DNA of 64,000 nt from the NCBI RefSeq assembly GCF_902713615.1, contig NC_052159.1:90868520-90932519 (forward strand), given 5' to 3'. This DNA is from Scyliorhinus canicula (Eukaryota). The notes under the pieces are model-generated. The model saw only the letters and a list, made by a program, of their open reading frames with translations. It was not told where the DNA came from and ran no database searches. This document shows positions 1 through 12,025 of this stretch, one piece after another. The position numbers and the translations under genes were made by a program. How positions within the stretch are numbered: the stretch's first letter is position 1; the number at the start of each line of letters is the position of its first letter.

Positions 1-899
1 AATTGGATGTGATTTCAATTCTATTTTCAGTTCTTTGAGTTTCCCAGTTCATTGGCATCCTAGGATCTTTTTCCATTGAGGGAGAGTTGTGAGGATTATG
101 GGATCTGAAATGCTGAAAGTTATTGCACTGTTGAGAGAAAGTTCCAAGTAGCAGGAACCCACTCGTAAACAAGTGAAGAGGAGAAACCAAGAAATTCTAT
201 CACGGGGAAGAAATTGTGCATGCCTGTTGTTAGTATCCCTCCTGTGAGCCCCAGATCCTTTTATGTTATTTATTTTCAGAAATTTATCCACACCCATTTC
301 GTATCAAGTATTAGTCTCTCCCAATAACTAAATGTGATTCCCATATCTGCCCCAATTAAATATGGAGCAGGAAGGCTCATTGGCAGCATTACCACTCCAA
401 TGCCAACTAAGGTCCTCAAGTGGACAAATGTCCACTATGGACCTTATCTGCAGTGGGGGACTTGTTATGCATGGGCCTGAAAAGCAAAACCTGTCATGTT
501 TGTTTATGGGTGACTAGGGTGGTCGTGTCAGTGTTTTCCCTTGTTCAAAGGCTCAAAGACACTCAGTACCTGAATCAAGAGAACCATTATCAGGAGGGAG
601 AGGGAGATTCTGGTGAAAAGGGGATGGAGGGGGGGGGGGGATTTCCACCCGAGAGTCCCCAATCCTGGGAAGGCCCACTCCTGCCCAGCTGCCCATTTCA
701 ATGCCGGATTGGCACTTAATAAGTTGGGTCTTTAGCAAAAGAGGTGCTCTCATCAGCTCCACTGCAAACAAGTGAGACCCCATCACCTGGATTAGCAAAG
801 CTGTTATGGGAGAATCCTGCTCTCATGTGTTCTTAAATGGGTACCCCAGAATTGCGGGGTAGAATTTCAATCGCTCCCTATGTTCTGGAACTGACTACC

Positions 900-1110
900 T
901 AAACCTCTCCAATTCCCCAACAGGCTTTCTTCTATAGGATCTTTCCTTTAGGATCCTCTGTAAAACCCACGTCTTTGACCAAGTTTCTGGTCATCTGATT
1001 TAATCATCTTATGTAATTTAACATTATAGTTTATTTAATAATGCTCTGTGAAGTGCCTTGGGATATTTTATTATGTTTAAGGCACTATATAAATGCAAGT
1101 TGTTTTTAAA
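900..1110 (+). mobile_element. L2-type LINE 3' end fragment
   Basis: tctttgaccaag...tgtgaagtgccttggga...ggcactatataaatgcaagttgtt, a typical L2 tail. Confidence 0.6.
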
Positions 1111-1148
1111 GAAAGCTTTACTGATTGGTTTGAATCATCTGTCTTTAG

Positions 1149-1259
1149 GAAAAGTGGACATTGTTGAGGATGCAGCAGGCTTTACAGGAAGTACAAAAGG
1201 CAGCAATTCTGAGGTCCAGTCACTCAATTCCTTCCAGTCTGATTCATGTGATGATAATG
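1149..1259 (+). CDS. FAT3: FAT3-like cadherin, cytoplasmic-domain exon (111 nt, phase 1-1)
   Basis: Acceptor tttAG ends at 1148 and donor GTaagg starts at 1260. Encodes KVDIVEDAAGFTGSTKGSNSEVQSLNSFQSDSCDDN, matching the FAT1/FAT3 SEVQSLxSFQSxSxDDN motif. Confidence 0.93.
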
Positions 1260-1495
1260 GTAAGGCAGCATTACAAACTATTTCAATCATTCTAATGTTT
1301 ATTTCAAGCCTGCTTTTCCCTCTATCAGGTCACGATGCAGAATAAAATGTTGTCTTTGCATTGGTATGCCTTGTGTAAAGGATACAGTGAGAAAATATGA
1401 AATCACTGCTTACTAAGCAAAAGCATTGATTGCATTGAGTGTTCACTTCATGCCAAGCGCCCATTTATAGATGGATTTGTTATTAGTAAATATTT

Positions 1496-2731
1496 GGGCC
1501 TATAACTTCCTCAGAATGGTAATCTCGGAGGATTGCCACTCTCAAAGGACTCACACTGGGATTCCAGAGAGCCTGTCTCGCTTAACCTTCCTCACTTAGA
1601 CTGGGCAAGCAGGAACAGCAAGATGTGCCCCCACTGCATCAGCTTGAAGTACCTGGGATGCAAGGAGGTAAGAAACACCCAATTTCTACAGCAGTGTGTG
1701 ATGGGGCAGGGTTGGACCGAAGGAGGGGTCAGTCTGGAGAGGGTTGGGGGTGAGGGATGGTCAGTCCAGGGAGGGATTTGGACTAAAGGAGGAGTCCACC
1801 TGGGAGGGGGGTTCAGTGTGAGAGTGATGGGGGGGGGGGGGGGGGGGGTGTTGCACTGAAGCAGGGGAGGTGTTTGTAAAGGTTGGGGGGTCAGACCAGG
1901 AGGGGGAGGTCAGTTCGGGAGTGGGATGGTTGGGTTGGGTTGGGTCAGGCCAGGAGGGTGGGGGCCGGTTAGTAGGGGGTCGGATCAGGCTGGGGGTGGT
2001 GGTCGGGTCGGAAAGCTGAGAAGTCAGGTCGGCGGTGGGTGGGGGGTGAGTGGGGGGGTGGGGGGGGGGGGATTGTGTCGGGGGTGGTGAGCCCGCTGGG
2101 GGTCTTATGTGCAAGGTGCTGTCCTTTGCGAGGCTGACCCAGGGTTTCTTAATTAATTATTCTTGAGTTGGAAGTGATTTTGTTTCCTCGAGCTCTTTCC
2201 GAATAACTATCAGGGTAAGGATGGCTGACATGGTAGCACAGTGGTTAGCACTATGCTGTCCAGCACTATGAACCTGGGTTCGATTCCCAGCTTGGGTCAC
2301 TGTCTGTGCAGAGTCTGCACATTCTCCCTGTGTCAGTGTAGATTTCCTCCAGGTGCTCCAGTTTCCTCCCACAAATCCCGAAAGATGTGCTTGTTGGTGA
2401 ATTTGACATTGCAAATTCTCTTTCTGTGTTCCCAAACAGGCGATGGAGTATGGTGACTGGGGGATTTTCACAGTAACTTCATTGCAGTGTTAATGTAAGC
2501 CTACTTGAGACAATAATGAAGATTATAATTACAAGATGGCAAAACCATCAAAGTTGGCAATTTAAAGTGTTTCTGTTGGATTGTTTCCAGCCCAGCACAA
2601 TTGCCCAGAGGAAGTTTGCACTTCTAGGCAATTGCCGGGTAAACCCTTATATGGGAACTTTCCAGGGAGATTCCCCAGCGCGTCATTGGCCTGCACGTTA
2701 AATGCTGGGGGAACCAGGAAGTTATGGGCCA
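1496..2731. mobile_element. Non-autonomous TIR element (Harbinger-like) with G-rich core and nested SINE
   Basis: TIRs gggcctataacttcc (1496-1510) and ggaagttatgggcca (2717-2731) match at 13/15 positions. A related inverted copy lies at about 43295-44335. Confidence 0.6.
2228..2530 (+). mobile_element. tRNA-derived V-SINE (HE1-like head, ...gacaataa tail)
   Basis: A/B boxes (tggtagcacagtgg; ggttcgattccc), V-domain, and tail ttcacagtaacttcattgcagtgttaatgtaagcctacttgagacaataa. Confidence 0.85.
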
Positions 2732-2933
2732 TGAGGTTAATGCTGAGTAATGGAACACATTTCTGACACCAATATAAGATGTGGCACAGGTTAGATGCAG
2801 ACTATTTTGTTAAAAAATATACATGATAAATTTAAAGATGCTGATTTTCCAGAAGGGAGCCTTGCCCCCAGAAGTGATGGAATCACTACAATTAAAGGAC
2901 ATGATTTAACAGAAAAATTTCTAAGGGCACGAT

Positions 2934-4300
2934 TTAATGGAAACATTTTGAAGTGTCATTTTGGGTGCGATTGACGGGGTATTTCCCGACGGCTACATTG
3001 GCGAGATTATGGCCCATATTTAGCAGCACCTAGTGCAGAAAATAAGCCCCCATTACTAGCTGTCTTGCCATCTGATTCACCAGACTTGCACCTCAGTATC
3101 TTGCTGCTAACGAGGATTAGCTGCTTTTAAAAGCTCCCTAACCACTCACTATAGTCAGCACACAAGTATGGCAACGCGGAGACCTGTTCCTTGCTTTGGG
3201 AATGCCAACCTGGGCAGGCTTCTCAATGCTGTGGATGCGAGATGGGATATCCTGTTCCCCTGAGAGGGTCAGAGGACCAGCAGCAGGATCACCAATAGCG
3301 CCTGGGAGGCACTGGCAGCGGGCAACATGACCTGGAGGACCAGCATCCAATGCCAGAAGAAGACCAACGACCTCCACCGAGCTGCAAGGGTAACGTTACC
3401 ACCTCTTTCCTGTCATCAGTTCCGCCTGCCACCTCTCAAATTCTTGACCTGCCCGCCCGACAAATCACTGGCTGACACATCGCTCTCTCCCACATCCGAC
3501 CTTCTTCGTGCTTATTCTTCAACACTCCCTGGCACCCACCTACCTTCATGCCCAGTTTTGGAGCCCACACATGCTACCTGCTATAGACCCGCCCTGACTC
3601 AGCAAGCATGCAGCTCACAAAGTCCGTTTGTCCCCGCAGGAGAAGGTAGCCCATAATAAGTGAGAAACGGCCAAGTCGGGGGGGTGGGGGGAGATGAGTA
3701 CCAGAGATCTGAGCCCTCACCCCCTATGAGGAACAGTCCCTGGACATCGCAGGGTTGACCGAGGAGAGACCAGTCACCCACAGCGAGGTTGGCCTACGCC
3801 AAAGAGATGAGGACCATCTGCCCGGTCACCCAGATGACCTGTCTCAAATGAGTTCATGTCAGACAAAATGATCCTTCCCTTTCACTGACCATATGTCCAT
3901 TGTCTTGCAGTATCTCCAATGAGAATGCCCAATGTTCACTACTAAAACATGTTACACCTGATACAAATGAAGCCTTTGTCATGTTAATCTTCACAGCTGG
4001 CCTGCCTGCACCCACACCCTCTCTTGTCCTCCGCTCCTGCCACCCCCATACCCCGGGCCCAGTGGTCCAAGGTCAAACGTGCCCGATGCAGACCCGGTTC
4101 AGAGGATTGGTGCAAGTGCGCTGTCAGCCAAACAGCAGGAGTCAGACTTTGGCATAAACTGAGCTTACCTCACAGCGAGTTATCATCACTCTCCTGCCTT
4201 GTATATTGACCTGCTGACAGTGCTGACACAGGCCCATTACCCTGGGGTAATGTTACACAGACCCTTGAAGGGTGGAATAGGATAATGTAAATTCTATGAT
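2934..4300 (+). mobile_element. PIF/Harbinger transposon remnant carrying a spliced Myb/SANT-like (NAIF1-type) gene, now a pseudogene
   Basis: ATG at 3168: MATRRPVPCFGNANLGRLLNAVDARWDILFP*EGQR...AWEALA...RTSIQCQKKTNDLHRAAR. GT donor at 3390, AG acceptor ending 3639, then exon 2 EKVAHNK*ETAKSGG...LTPYEEQSLDIAG. The stops look like CGA>TGA decay. Terminus agggcacgattt lies near 2934; the right end is approximate. Confidence 0.8.
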
Positions 4301-4812
4301 TCTATGATCCCTATCCCCCTACTGACACTGAGAAAGTCCCCCTCCCGCCCCTGGGATCCCTGGACCTGAAGTGTAGTCCCAGGACATAGGGCTCTGGCAC
4401 GGTGCTGTAGTACCTCCTCTGGCCACTGCAGCCTGGAGGGGTTGGAGGCTGGCTGACTGCTTTCCAAGGTGGGATGTTCGTCCAAATGCGAACTGAAGTC
4501 CCACGTGCTGCCAATCAAAGCTCAATTGAGTGTAAAATGGCATCGGAGCCTGTCGAGACGGTGGATTTGTAAAAATCCAGGCCTATATTTCCATATTTTT
4601 AAAGTATTGAATTTAAATACTCCAGTTGGCATGGTTGTATTTGAACTCATGTTCTCTGGAGTAACCCAGTATAATCATCGCTGCCTATTTTCAATTTGCC
4701 ACAAGGTGGCACTTTATGACCAATGTGATGCACATCTTTCTGCTACTTCACGGTATCACAATATTCCTTATAGCCTAGTTTTGAGAGATTGCTGTTATAA
4801 TTACTGATTAAT

Positions 4813-5060
4813 TGGGCAGCACGGTGGCCTAGTGGTTAGCACAACCGCCTCACGGCGCTGAGGTCCCAGGTTCGATCCCGGCTCTGGGTCACTGTCCGTG
4901 TGGAGTTTGCACATTCTCCCCGTGTCTGCGTGGGTTTCGCCCCCACAACCCAAAAATGTGCAGAATAGGTGGATTGGCCACGCTAAATTGCCCCTTAATT
5001 AGAAAAAATAATTGGCTAATCTAAATTTATAAAAAAATAAAAAAAAAAAAAAAAAAAAAA
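4813..5060 (+). mobile_element. V-SINE, short poly(A)-tailed variant with 16-bp TSD
   Basis: gggcagcacggtggc head, long poly(A), and perfect TSD ataattactgattaat at 4797-4812 and 5061-5076. Confidence 0.92.
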
Positions 5061-5329
5061 ATAATTACTGATTAATATATTCAAGGTATCAAACACTTCT
5101 GTTCAAGTACTGAATAAGGTTCTGAAGTGATAACATTATTTTATGTTGCACTGGTCCAAAAGCTTAAAGAAATGTAAATATATTTTCAGAATTTATTTAC
5201 TGCATTTATTTTTACAAGAGAGTAAATTTAACTTGAGTGAGAGTACAATAAATATTTTAGCTATGATTGCTGTACAACCATAATGTCATCCTAAGAGCTG
5301 ATTCTACATTGCTTGCAGAGATTCAAATG

Positions 5330-5475
5330 ATGCGCAGGTTAGGTGGATTGGCCATGATCAATATCCAGTTACAGGGATAGTAAGGGGGAGTGAGCCTAGG
5401 TAGAATTCTCTTTTGGAAGGTTGATGTAGATGCGATGGGCTGAATGGCCTCCTTCTGCACTGTAGGGATTCTGTG
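5330..5475 (+). mobile_element. HE1 SINE 3' fragment
   Basis: gttaggtggattggccatg...gatgggctgaatggcctccttctgcactgta. Confidence 0.75.
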
Positions 5476-5773
5476 GATCACAGGGATTTGCTCATAATCT
5501 TTTTTTTTCTTACCTCCTTTAGTTCACGCACACCAGCCCTTTCCAGAAAGTGATCAGTTCCATATAGTCCTCACCAGTGAGGCCTTGACCAGTCACTGGG
5601 TGTTATATTGTTGTGCCTCAATGATGATTCTCTGTCTGCTCTTTTCCCTTGGATTTAACACCTCACTTCAGAATGGTTTAAAAACACTTCACATGCAATG
5701 AATTATTTTTAATTGCAGTGATTGTAATTGTGAATTAAGAATGAAGGGGAGACAATATAAGTAGAGACTAGTA

Positions 5774-6790
5774 AGGGTGCGATCGAGCAGACAAAAGTCA
5801 AAGTCCGCTTTTGGGCTTGTTTAACAGGGTGTTCCTCCGTGGCTGCAATGTCGAGATTCACCCCGCTTCGCCGGCACTTTACACAGAACATACAGTGCAG
5901 AAGGAGGCCATTCGGCCCATCGAGTCTGCACCGACCCACTTAAGTCCTCACTTCCACCGTATCCCTGTAACCCAGCAACCCCACCTAACCATTTGGACAC
6001 AAAGGGCAATTTAGCATGGCCAATCTACCTAACCTGTACGTCTTTGGACTGTGGCTGGAAAGCGGAGCACCCGAGGAAACCCACGCAGACACAGGGAGAA
6101 CTTGCAGACTCTGCACAGACAGTGACCCAGTGGGGAATCGAACCTGGGACCCTGGCGCTGTGAAGCCACAGTGCTAGCCACTTGTGCTATCGTGCTTTCC
6201 CATTTTCTTGGGCCCTGGGGAGTTTCTCCATGCCAAGGCTACACTTTAGTCGGTTTCCTGCTGTCAAGCTGAGCTCCTCGCTGAACGGCACCATTTTGAA
6301 TGGCAGCTCCGATCTCTACTCGCTCCGCCCATTCAGGCCATCCCCCCCAACCACACTTTCTGCACCCATCCTATCATCTCCCACCCGTGTCAAAGTCCCT
6401 GGAAACCCCTCCTACCACCTCTCCAATGGGCAAGGCCCCATCCTAGCCTGAACACTGGCAGTGCCAACCTGGCACCCGGGCACCTATCCAATGGGCCCAA
6501 CCACCTGGAGATCTCTAATGGCTTGTAAGACCACCCCTGAGGTACATTTACACCGGGTCAACAGCATGGCCAGGTCTTGAAGGTTTGGCTGTTGACTCCC
6601 AGGCACCAGATTTGCGCGGCGTCTAGGTATTGAAATGAGCCGAATGAGGGCACGAGCCATATTGCACCAGACTGAGCGTTTCAGGTGGAGCACAACAGGC
6701 CCGACACCTGGCATGGAGCCCAATTTGGGGCTTTCACGCGATTCACCTGTTGCACCCGGATTTGCATTGAGAGCAACGTGGTCTCTGGGG
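5774..6790. mobile_element. Harbinger-like non-autonomous element interrupted by a SINE
   Basis: Shares blocks (ccattttgaa.ggc.gctccgatctcta; gccaacctggcacc; gattcacctgttgc) with 29121-29945. Confidence 0.55.
5880..6197 (-). mobile_element. HE1 SINE
   Basis: Reverse-complement head, V-domain and CR1-type tail (acagtgcagaaggaggccattcggccc). Confidence 0.88.
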
Positions 6791-7089
6791 GGGGAGGTAT
6801 GCATTATTGTTCTAGGAAAAGGAGGGGGAAGGTATGCATTACTGTTGTAGGGAATTCAGTGTTCAGGCATGCAAGAACTTTGCATGCAAGATCAAGCATC
6901 CCACATTATTGTTGGTCCTTTGATGCCAGGGCATCTCAAAGCAGCGTGGACAGATATTGGAGAGGGAGGTGGCGGATCATGTTGTTAGATCCATGTTGGA
7001 ATCAGCAGCAAAGAAAAGTGTAGGCAAATGGTCCTGTTTGGAATATACCAGGAGATAAATTGAAGGACAAGACCCCAAGGCTATAATGT

Positions 7090-9170
7090 CTAAGCTACTA
7101 ACAGAGCCAAGTGTAAATTTGCATAGGGATAAACAGATTAGGGAGGTGAAGGTATGATAGAAAGTTCCAACACTCGCAACAGTACTGGGTCAAGAAGGAA
7201 CTGTGCCATTTCGATAGGCTGTACCTGAAGTGGTAAAGATGATTTGTACAGTCACATGGACTTAAAACTAGTAAGTGGGGTGAAGGAGGGGGTTTATGTG
7301 GAAATGTCAATATTGATAATTCAAAAGCAAATTTAAGGAAAGAAAGTGGAGCAAATGTCAGAAGTTGTGCTTTTAGCACTGCAGCTAAAAGATGTAAAGT
7401 ACATAAACTCGGAGGGAGAAATAGGAATAAGGTGGGAAAAATATTGGAACAGGACTGATTAGAATATGTGGTCTAAATAAGCATTCTTTCTCCGAACATA
7501 AGAGTAGAAGGAGCAAATTAAATTAATTGTAGGTGGGTATGGCAGGTTAGCCATTAGAAAGAATTAGTTTGCAAGGTGGTCAAAACTGGAATCCAAGTAT
7601 ACCAGTTTAGATGGTCCAGAGGGAAGATAGTAGAGTGGGAGGAATAATTATAATAATCTTTTTATTGTCACAAGTAGGCTTAAATTAACACTGCAATGAA
7701 GTTACTGTGAAAAGCCCCAGTCGCCACACTACAGCGCCTGTTCAGGTACACGGGGGAGCATTCAGAATATCCAAATGACCTAACATCACATCTTTCGAGA
7801 CTTGTGGGAAGAAACCGGAGCACCCGGAGGAAACCCACGCAGACACGGGTAGCACATGCAGACTCTGCACAGACAGTGACCCAAGCCGGAATCGAACCTG
7901 GGACCCTGGAGCTGTGAAGCAACAGTACTAACCACTGTGCTACCGTGCTGCCCAATAGCCTTAGTGATTAAGGACAAAATAATTTCAATGATGCAAGGAT
8001 ATTATGAGAGACAAGCAAGTAGTGGAGACTTCACATCGAATTAAGAACTAGAAATGGATTTAATCCTGTAATGGGAGCTGTGTATAAACCCATCCTTTGG
8101 TAGTAGCTGTGAAGCGATGGCTTGTACACAACCTGAGAATAGGCAAGCGTGTAACAAAAACAGAATGGTTTTAATGGGGCATTTTAACTTTCATATAGAT
8201 AGGGCTGAGCAAATTAGCTGAAGTCAGAAAGGTAGTAAATTGCTTGAGTGTGTCTGGGATAATTTTCTGCAACAATACGAGACATAAAATCCAGCCCAGG
8301 GACTTAACAGAAGTAACATCAGCAAGATAGTAATAATGGAGAAATGACTGGTGCAAAGGAGCCGACCGGTCCCCAGAACTAAATGTTTTCCATATCAGGA
8401 TTTTAAAAGAAATAAGTGATAACGTTGCAAATACCCTAACTAGAATCTTCCAAATCTTCTATTGATTTGGTAATTTTTCCTTTAGATTGGAAAACTATGC
8501 GTGTCTGTCTGATTTTTAGGAAAAGTAAAAGGGAATTCAGGAAATGATAAACCATTCGGGCTAACATCCTGTTGTCAATAAACTGCTGCAGTCTGTAATT
8601 AAGGAGGAATGACTGAATAACTTGAGGACACTAACCAGATTTGTGAAGGATAGTTTACTGCTGACGCACCTGATGGAATGTTTTTGAAGAGGTGACTAAA
8701 GTAGTGGACAAAGAATGATTATGGATGTTATTGAGAGGGGCTTTTAGAAGGCTTTTTATAAATTTCCTCATAAGAGACTGTGAGCTGCAGATGAAAATCG
8801 TGAAACTGAAGGCAAATTAGAAAATTGGCTCGACATGAGTCAGAGTGGGGATAATGGACAGGTACCCTAATTAGTGGAGTCCTGCAAAACCCTGAACTAA
8901 ACTACTCACTGTATTCATTAAAGACTTTGATGATGGGACAAAAAGCCATATGTCAAATTTGACAATGACAAACGATAGACAGCAATTTATTGATAGATTA
9001 AATGAATGAGCAAAACCGCGGCAAATGGATGTCCGTGTTGGCAAATGTGGGGTCATCCACACTGGATCTAAAAAGGGTAGAACAGGGTACTTTCTAAATT
9101 GTGAAAAACTGGGAATGGTGGAGGTCCCCAGAGACTTGGCAGTCTAGCTACTAGGGGACTAAATGTCAAG
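7090..9170 (+). mobile_element. Degraded CR1 LINE ORF2 (endonuclease to RT) with nested SINE
   Basis: Remnants of GDFN-like, KGKR...GN and VD...MDV...FxKAF..FPH motifs. Homologous to 38600-40120. Confidence 0.7.
7645..7954 (-). mobile_element. V-SINE with ...gtgacaataa tail
   Basis: Same subfamily as 2228-2530, in reverse orientation. Confidence 0.88.
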
Positions 9171-9389
9171 ATACCCCGAAAATCTACTTGAAGAAGATTG
9201 GCTTTGACCTCAACAACTGGTGAGAAGAGAGTGAGCCAGGCCATACACTATGGAAAGCCTTGCTTCACCAAGGTGTCGCTGATGTTGAAACAGGGTGTAT
9301 GATGAAGGCTGAAGATGTGAGAACAAGAGGCCTGTACCCCACATCGATGACGGACAGATCAAGGGTAAAATTATCTATTTGGGAGACTA

Positions 9390-10061
9390 TGGACCCGGGG
9401 CCGGCGTCAATCCCGCTCCCGCCGTGTCCCGAATTCTCCGGCCCACGAGGTTCGGCGGGGGTGGGAATCGCGCCGCGCCGGTCGGCGGGCCCCCCGTGGC
9501 GATTCTCCGGCCCGCGATGGGCCAATGTCCCGCCGCTGCCAGGCCTCTCCCGCCGGCGTGGATTAAACCACCTACCTGACCGGCGGGATTGGGGCGCGGG
9601 CGGGCTCTGGGGTCCTTTGGGGGGGGGGGGGGTGCGGGGCGATCTGACCCTGGAGGGTGCCGCCACGGTGGCCTGGCCCGCGATCGGGGCCCACCGATCG
9701 GCGGGCGGGCCTGTGCCGTGGGGGCACTCTTTTTCTTCTGCTTTCGCCATGGTCTTCACCATGGCGAAGGCGGAAGTGACCCCCGCCTCTGCGCATGCGC
9801 CAGTATGACGTCAGCAGCCGCTGACCGGTTACGCCAGCCGGCGAAGTCCTTTCGGGCCCGGTGGCGTGGCACCAAAGGCCGTTCACGCCAGCCGGCGGAG
9901 TGGGAACCACTCGGGCACGGGCCTAGCCCCTCTATGTGAGGGCTTGGCCCCTAAAGGTGCGGAGAACGCCGCACCTTTGGGGCGGCCCAACGCCGGAGTG
10001 GTTAACGCCACTCCAACACGCCGGGACCCCCCGCCCCGCCGGGTAGGGGAGAATCCCGGCC
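9390..10061. mobile_element. GC-rich Harbinger-type MITE (left TIR damaged)
   Basis: CpG-rich, with right terminus ggagaatcccggcc. Similar to 37405-38041 and 45409-45979. Confidence 0.7.
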
Positions 10062-10064
10062 TAT

Positions 10065-10430
10065 GTTACATAGTTACATAGAGTTTACAGTGTAGAAGGA
10101 GGCCATTCGGCCCATCGAGTCTGCACCGGCTCTTGGAAAGAGCACCCTACCCCCTACCCAAGGTCAACACCTCCACCCTATCCCCATAACTCAGTAACCC
10201 TACCCAACACTAAGGGCAATTTTTGGACACTAAGGGCAATTTATCATGGCCAATCCACCTAACCCGCACACTTTGGACTGTGGGAGGAAACCGGAGCACC
10301 CGGAGGAAACCCACGCACACACGGGGCGGATGTGCAGACTCCGCACAGACAGTGACCCAAGCCGGAATCGAACCTGGGACCCTGGAGCTGTGAAGCGATT
10401 GTGCTTTCCACAATGCTACCGTGTTGCCCA
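10065..10430 (-). mobile_element. HE1 SINE
   Basis: Full head, V-domain and CR1 tail in reverse. Confidence 0.9.
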
Positions 10431-10435
10431 ATGTT

Positions 10436-10608
10436 ATCCCACCGGAGCTGAATAGCATGTAATTTGCATAGCAAAGGATTGCGAGGGATTCTCGAGGGAA
10501 TCCCGCTATCAGGCCACCACTTTGTGGGTGGTCCAATAGCCAGGTCCCGGGGCTGGCGCTGGCCACCCCCTCCCCCCGCATTGAAATTCAGCCCCGTAAA
10601 AAATCTCT

Positions 10609-10643
<35 letters not shown>

Positions 10644-11731
10644 CGGATCGCAAACCCTGCATTGCAATTCAGCTCCCAACTCACCAGATTTTCTGGGTTT
10701 ACCCCGTCAGAATGGGGTGTTCCAATGCCCACCCCCACAGACCCCTAAATAAGAGACCTCTCCACCGACCCCTTAAATAAGAAAGCCCCCTCACAGATCC
10801 CCTAATAAAAGAGATGCCACAAAGACCGCTAAATAAGAAGACTCCCCCCACAGACCCCCTAAATAAAGAGATCCCCTGAGGCCTCCTCAATATTGAAACC
10901 CTGCAGAGGCCCCCGAAATAAAGCTAACCCCTCAGAGACCCCCTAAATATGGAGAACCCCCACAGACCCACCAGAAGAGACCATTGTCAGGAAGCCACCC
11001 AGAACAGAAATTAGCCCTGTCAGGAAGGTCCCAGAAAAGAGACCCCTCTCAGGAAGCACCCCTGGAAAGAGTCTCTGGTCAGGAAGCACCCCCCCCCCCC
11101 CCCCCCTCCCCCTCCCCCCAAAAAGAAAAGACTGCTGTTTGGAAGTTATAGAGAAGTCCAGATAGAGGCAGTGAAAAAAATTAGTGTTGTAACACTCACC
11201 TGGACAATCCACCTGCTGGCTCAGACACAGGAAGCACCATGTATCAATTCCTCGAACGAGAAAAACAGTCAGCTGTGTTTAAACCCCTTGAGATCTTTGA
11301 GCTGCAAGCCATTCATTCATTTCCCTTACTAGGGCCTCTAGGAAGTCTCTGGTGAGGGTGGGATTGGCAGGTCTTGCATTGCCGGGCGGAGAAGGTGGCC
11401 CTCAGATGAACTTTCGGGCAGCTCCTTTATGGAGTTAACCCCTTGGCAAACCATGTCAGGGCCACCCATGTCCATACCTGTCGTAATTCTCGCCCACATG
11501 ATTCCCAGCCTAGAGGACCGGAGAATATGCTGCCCAACCTGCTAAATTGATGCAAATAGGTCTTAATAGCCCATTTGCATCCTGCTACTGGTGCAGAAGC
11601 ATGAACCTCGATCCGGTTTCCAGCGAAGGGCTGAAGCATTGGCAGGTGTGATCCTGTTTTCTCCCCGACACTGGATTCTCCGCCTCACCGGGAACTCGGC
11701 TACCCACGGTGCGAGGCGACAAATTTTGCCC
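10436..11731. mobile_element. Probable non-autonomous TIR element with internal minisatellite
   Basis: Ends in aaattttgcccc, a Harbinger-like terminus. Internal degenerate agacccc(c)taaataagag repeats at 10735-11090. Confidence 0.5.
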
Positions 11732-11879
11732 CAACTCACTGTTTAATGACTAACTGACAATGTAGAATGTGGATTTTGGATATTTTTTCCCTTTTAATGC
11801 TACTTCTCCCTCAGCCTTTTCATTTCCACTTTCCACCTCCTTACGTTGCACTGACTTCACTTTCATCTCTTACAGCCTC

Positions 11880-12025
11880 TCCCTTTTTCTCCCCCTGTTT
11901 TTCTCCCTTTTTCTCCCCCTGTTTTTCTCCCTTTTTTCCCCCCATGTTTTTCTCCCTTTTTCTCCCCCTGTTTTTCTCCCTTTTTCTCCCCCTGTTTTTC
12001 TCCCCCTGTTTTTTCTCTTTCTCCC
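11880..12025. repeat. 24-bp pyrimidine minisatellite (ttttctccccctgtttttctccct)n
   Basis: About 5-6 units are directly visible. Confidence 0.85.

Noticed and set aside
1058-1345. 95-aa ORF as a standalone gene
   Set aside because: Only 1149-1259 is a FAT exon. The flanks are intron, including an L2 tail.
4814-4890. tRNA gene
   Set aside because: The tRNA-like A/B boxes are SINE heads that continue into the V-domain. The same applies to all copies.
9260-10081. Overlapping long GC-rich ORFs or a CpG-island promoter
   Set aside because: They lie within a GC-rich MITE, where stop-codon scarcity explains the ORFs. The same applies to 37185-38112 and 45379-46080.
10735-11090. Spaced repeats resembling a CRISPR array
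   Set aside because: The units are degenerate, there are no unique spacers or cas genes, and the context is a vertebrate intron. It is a minisatellite inside a TE.
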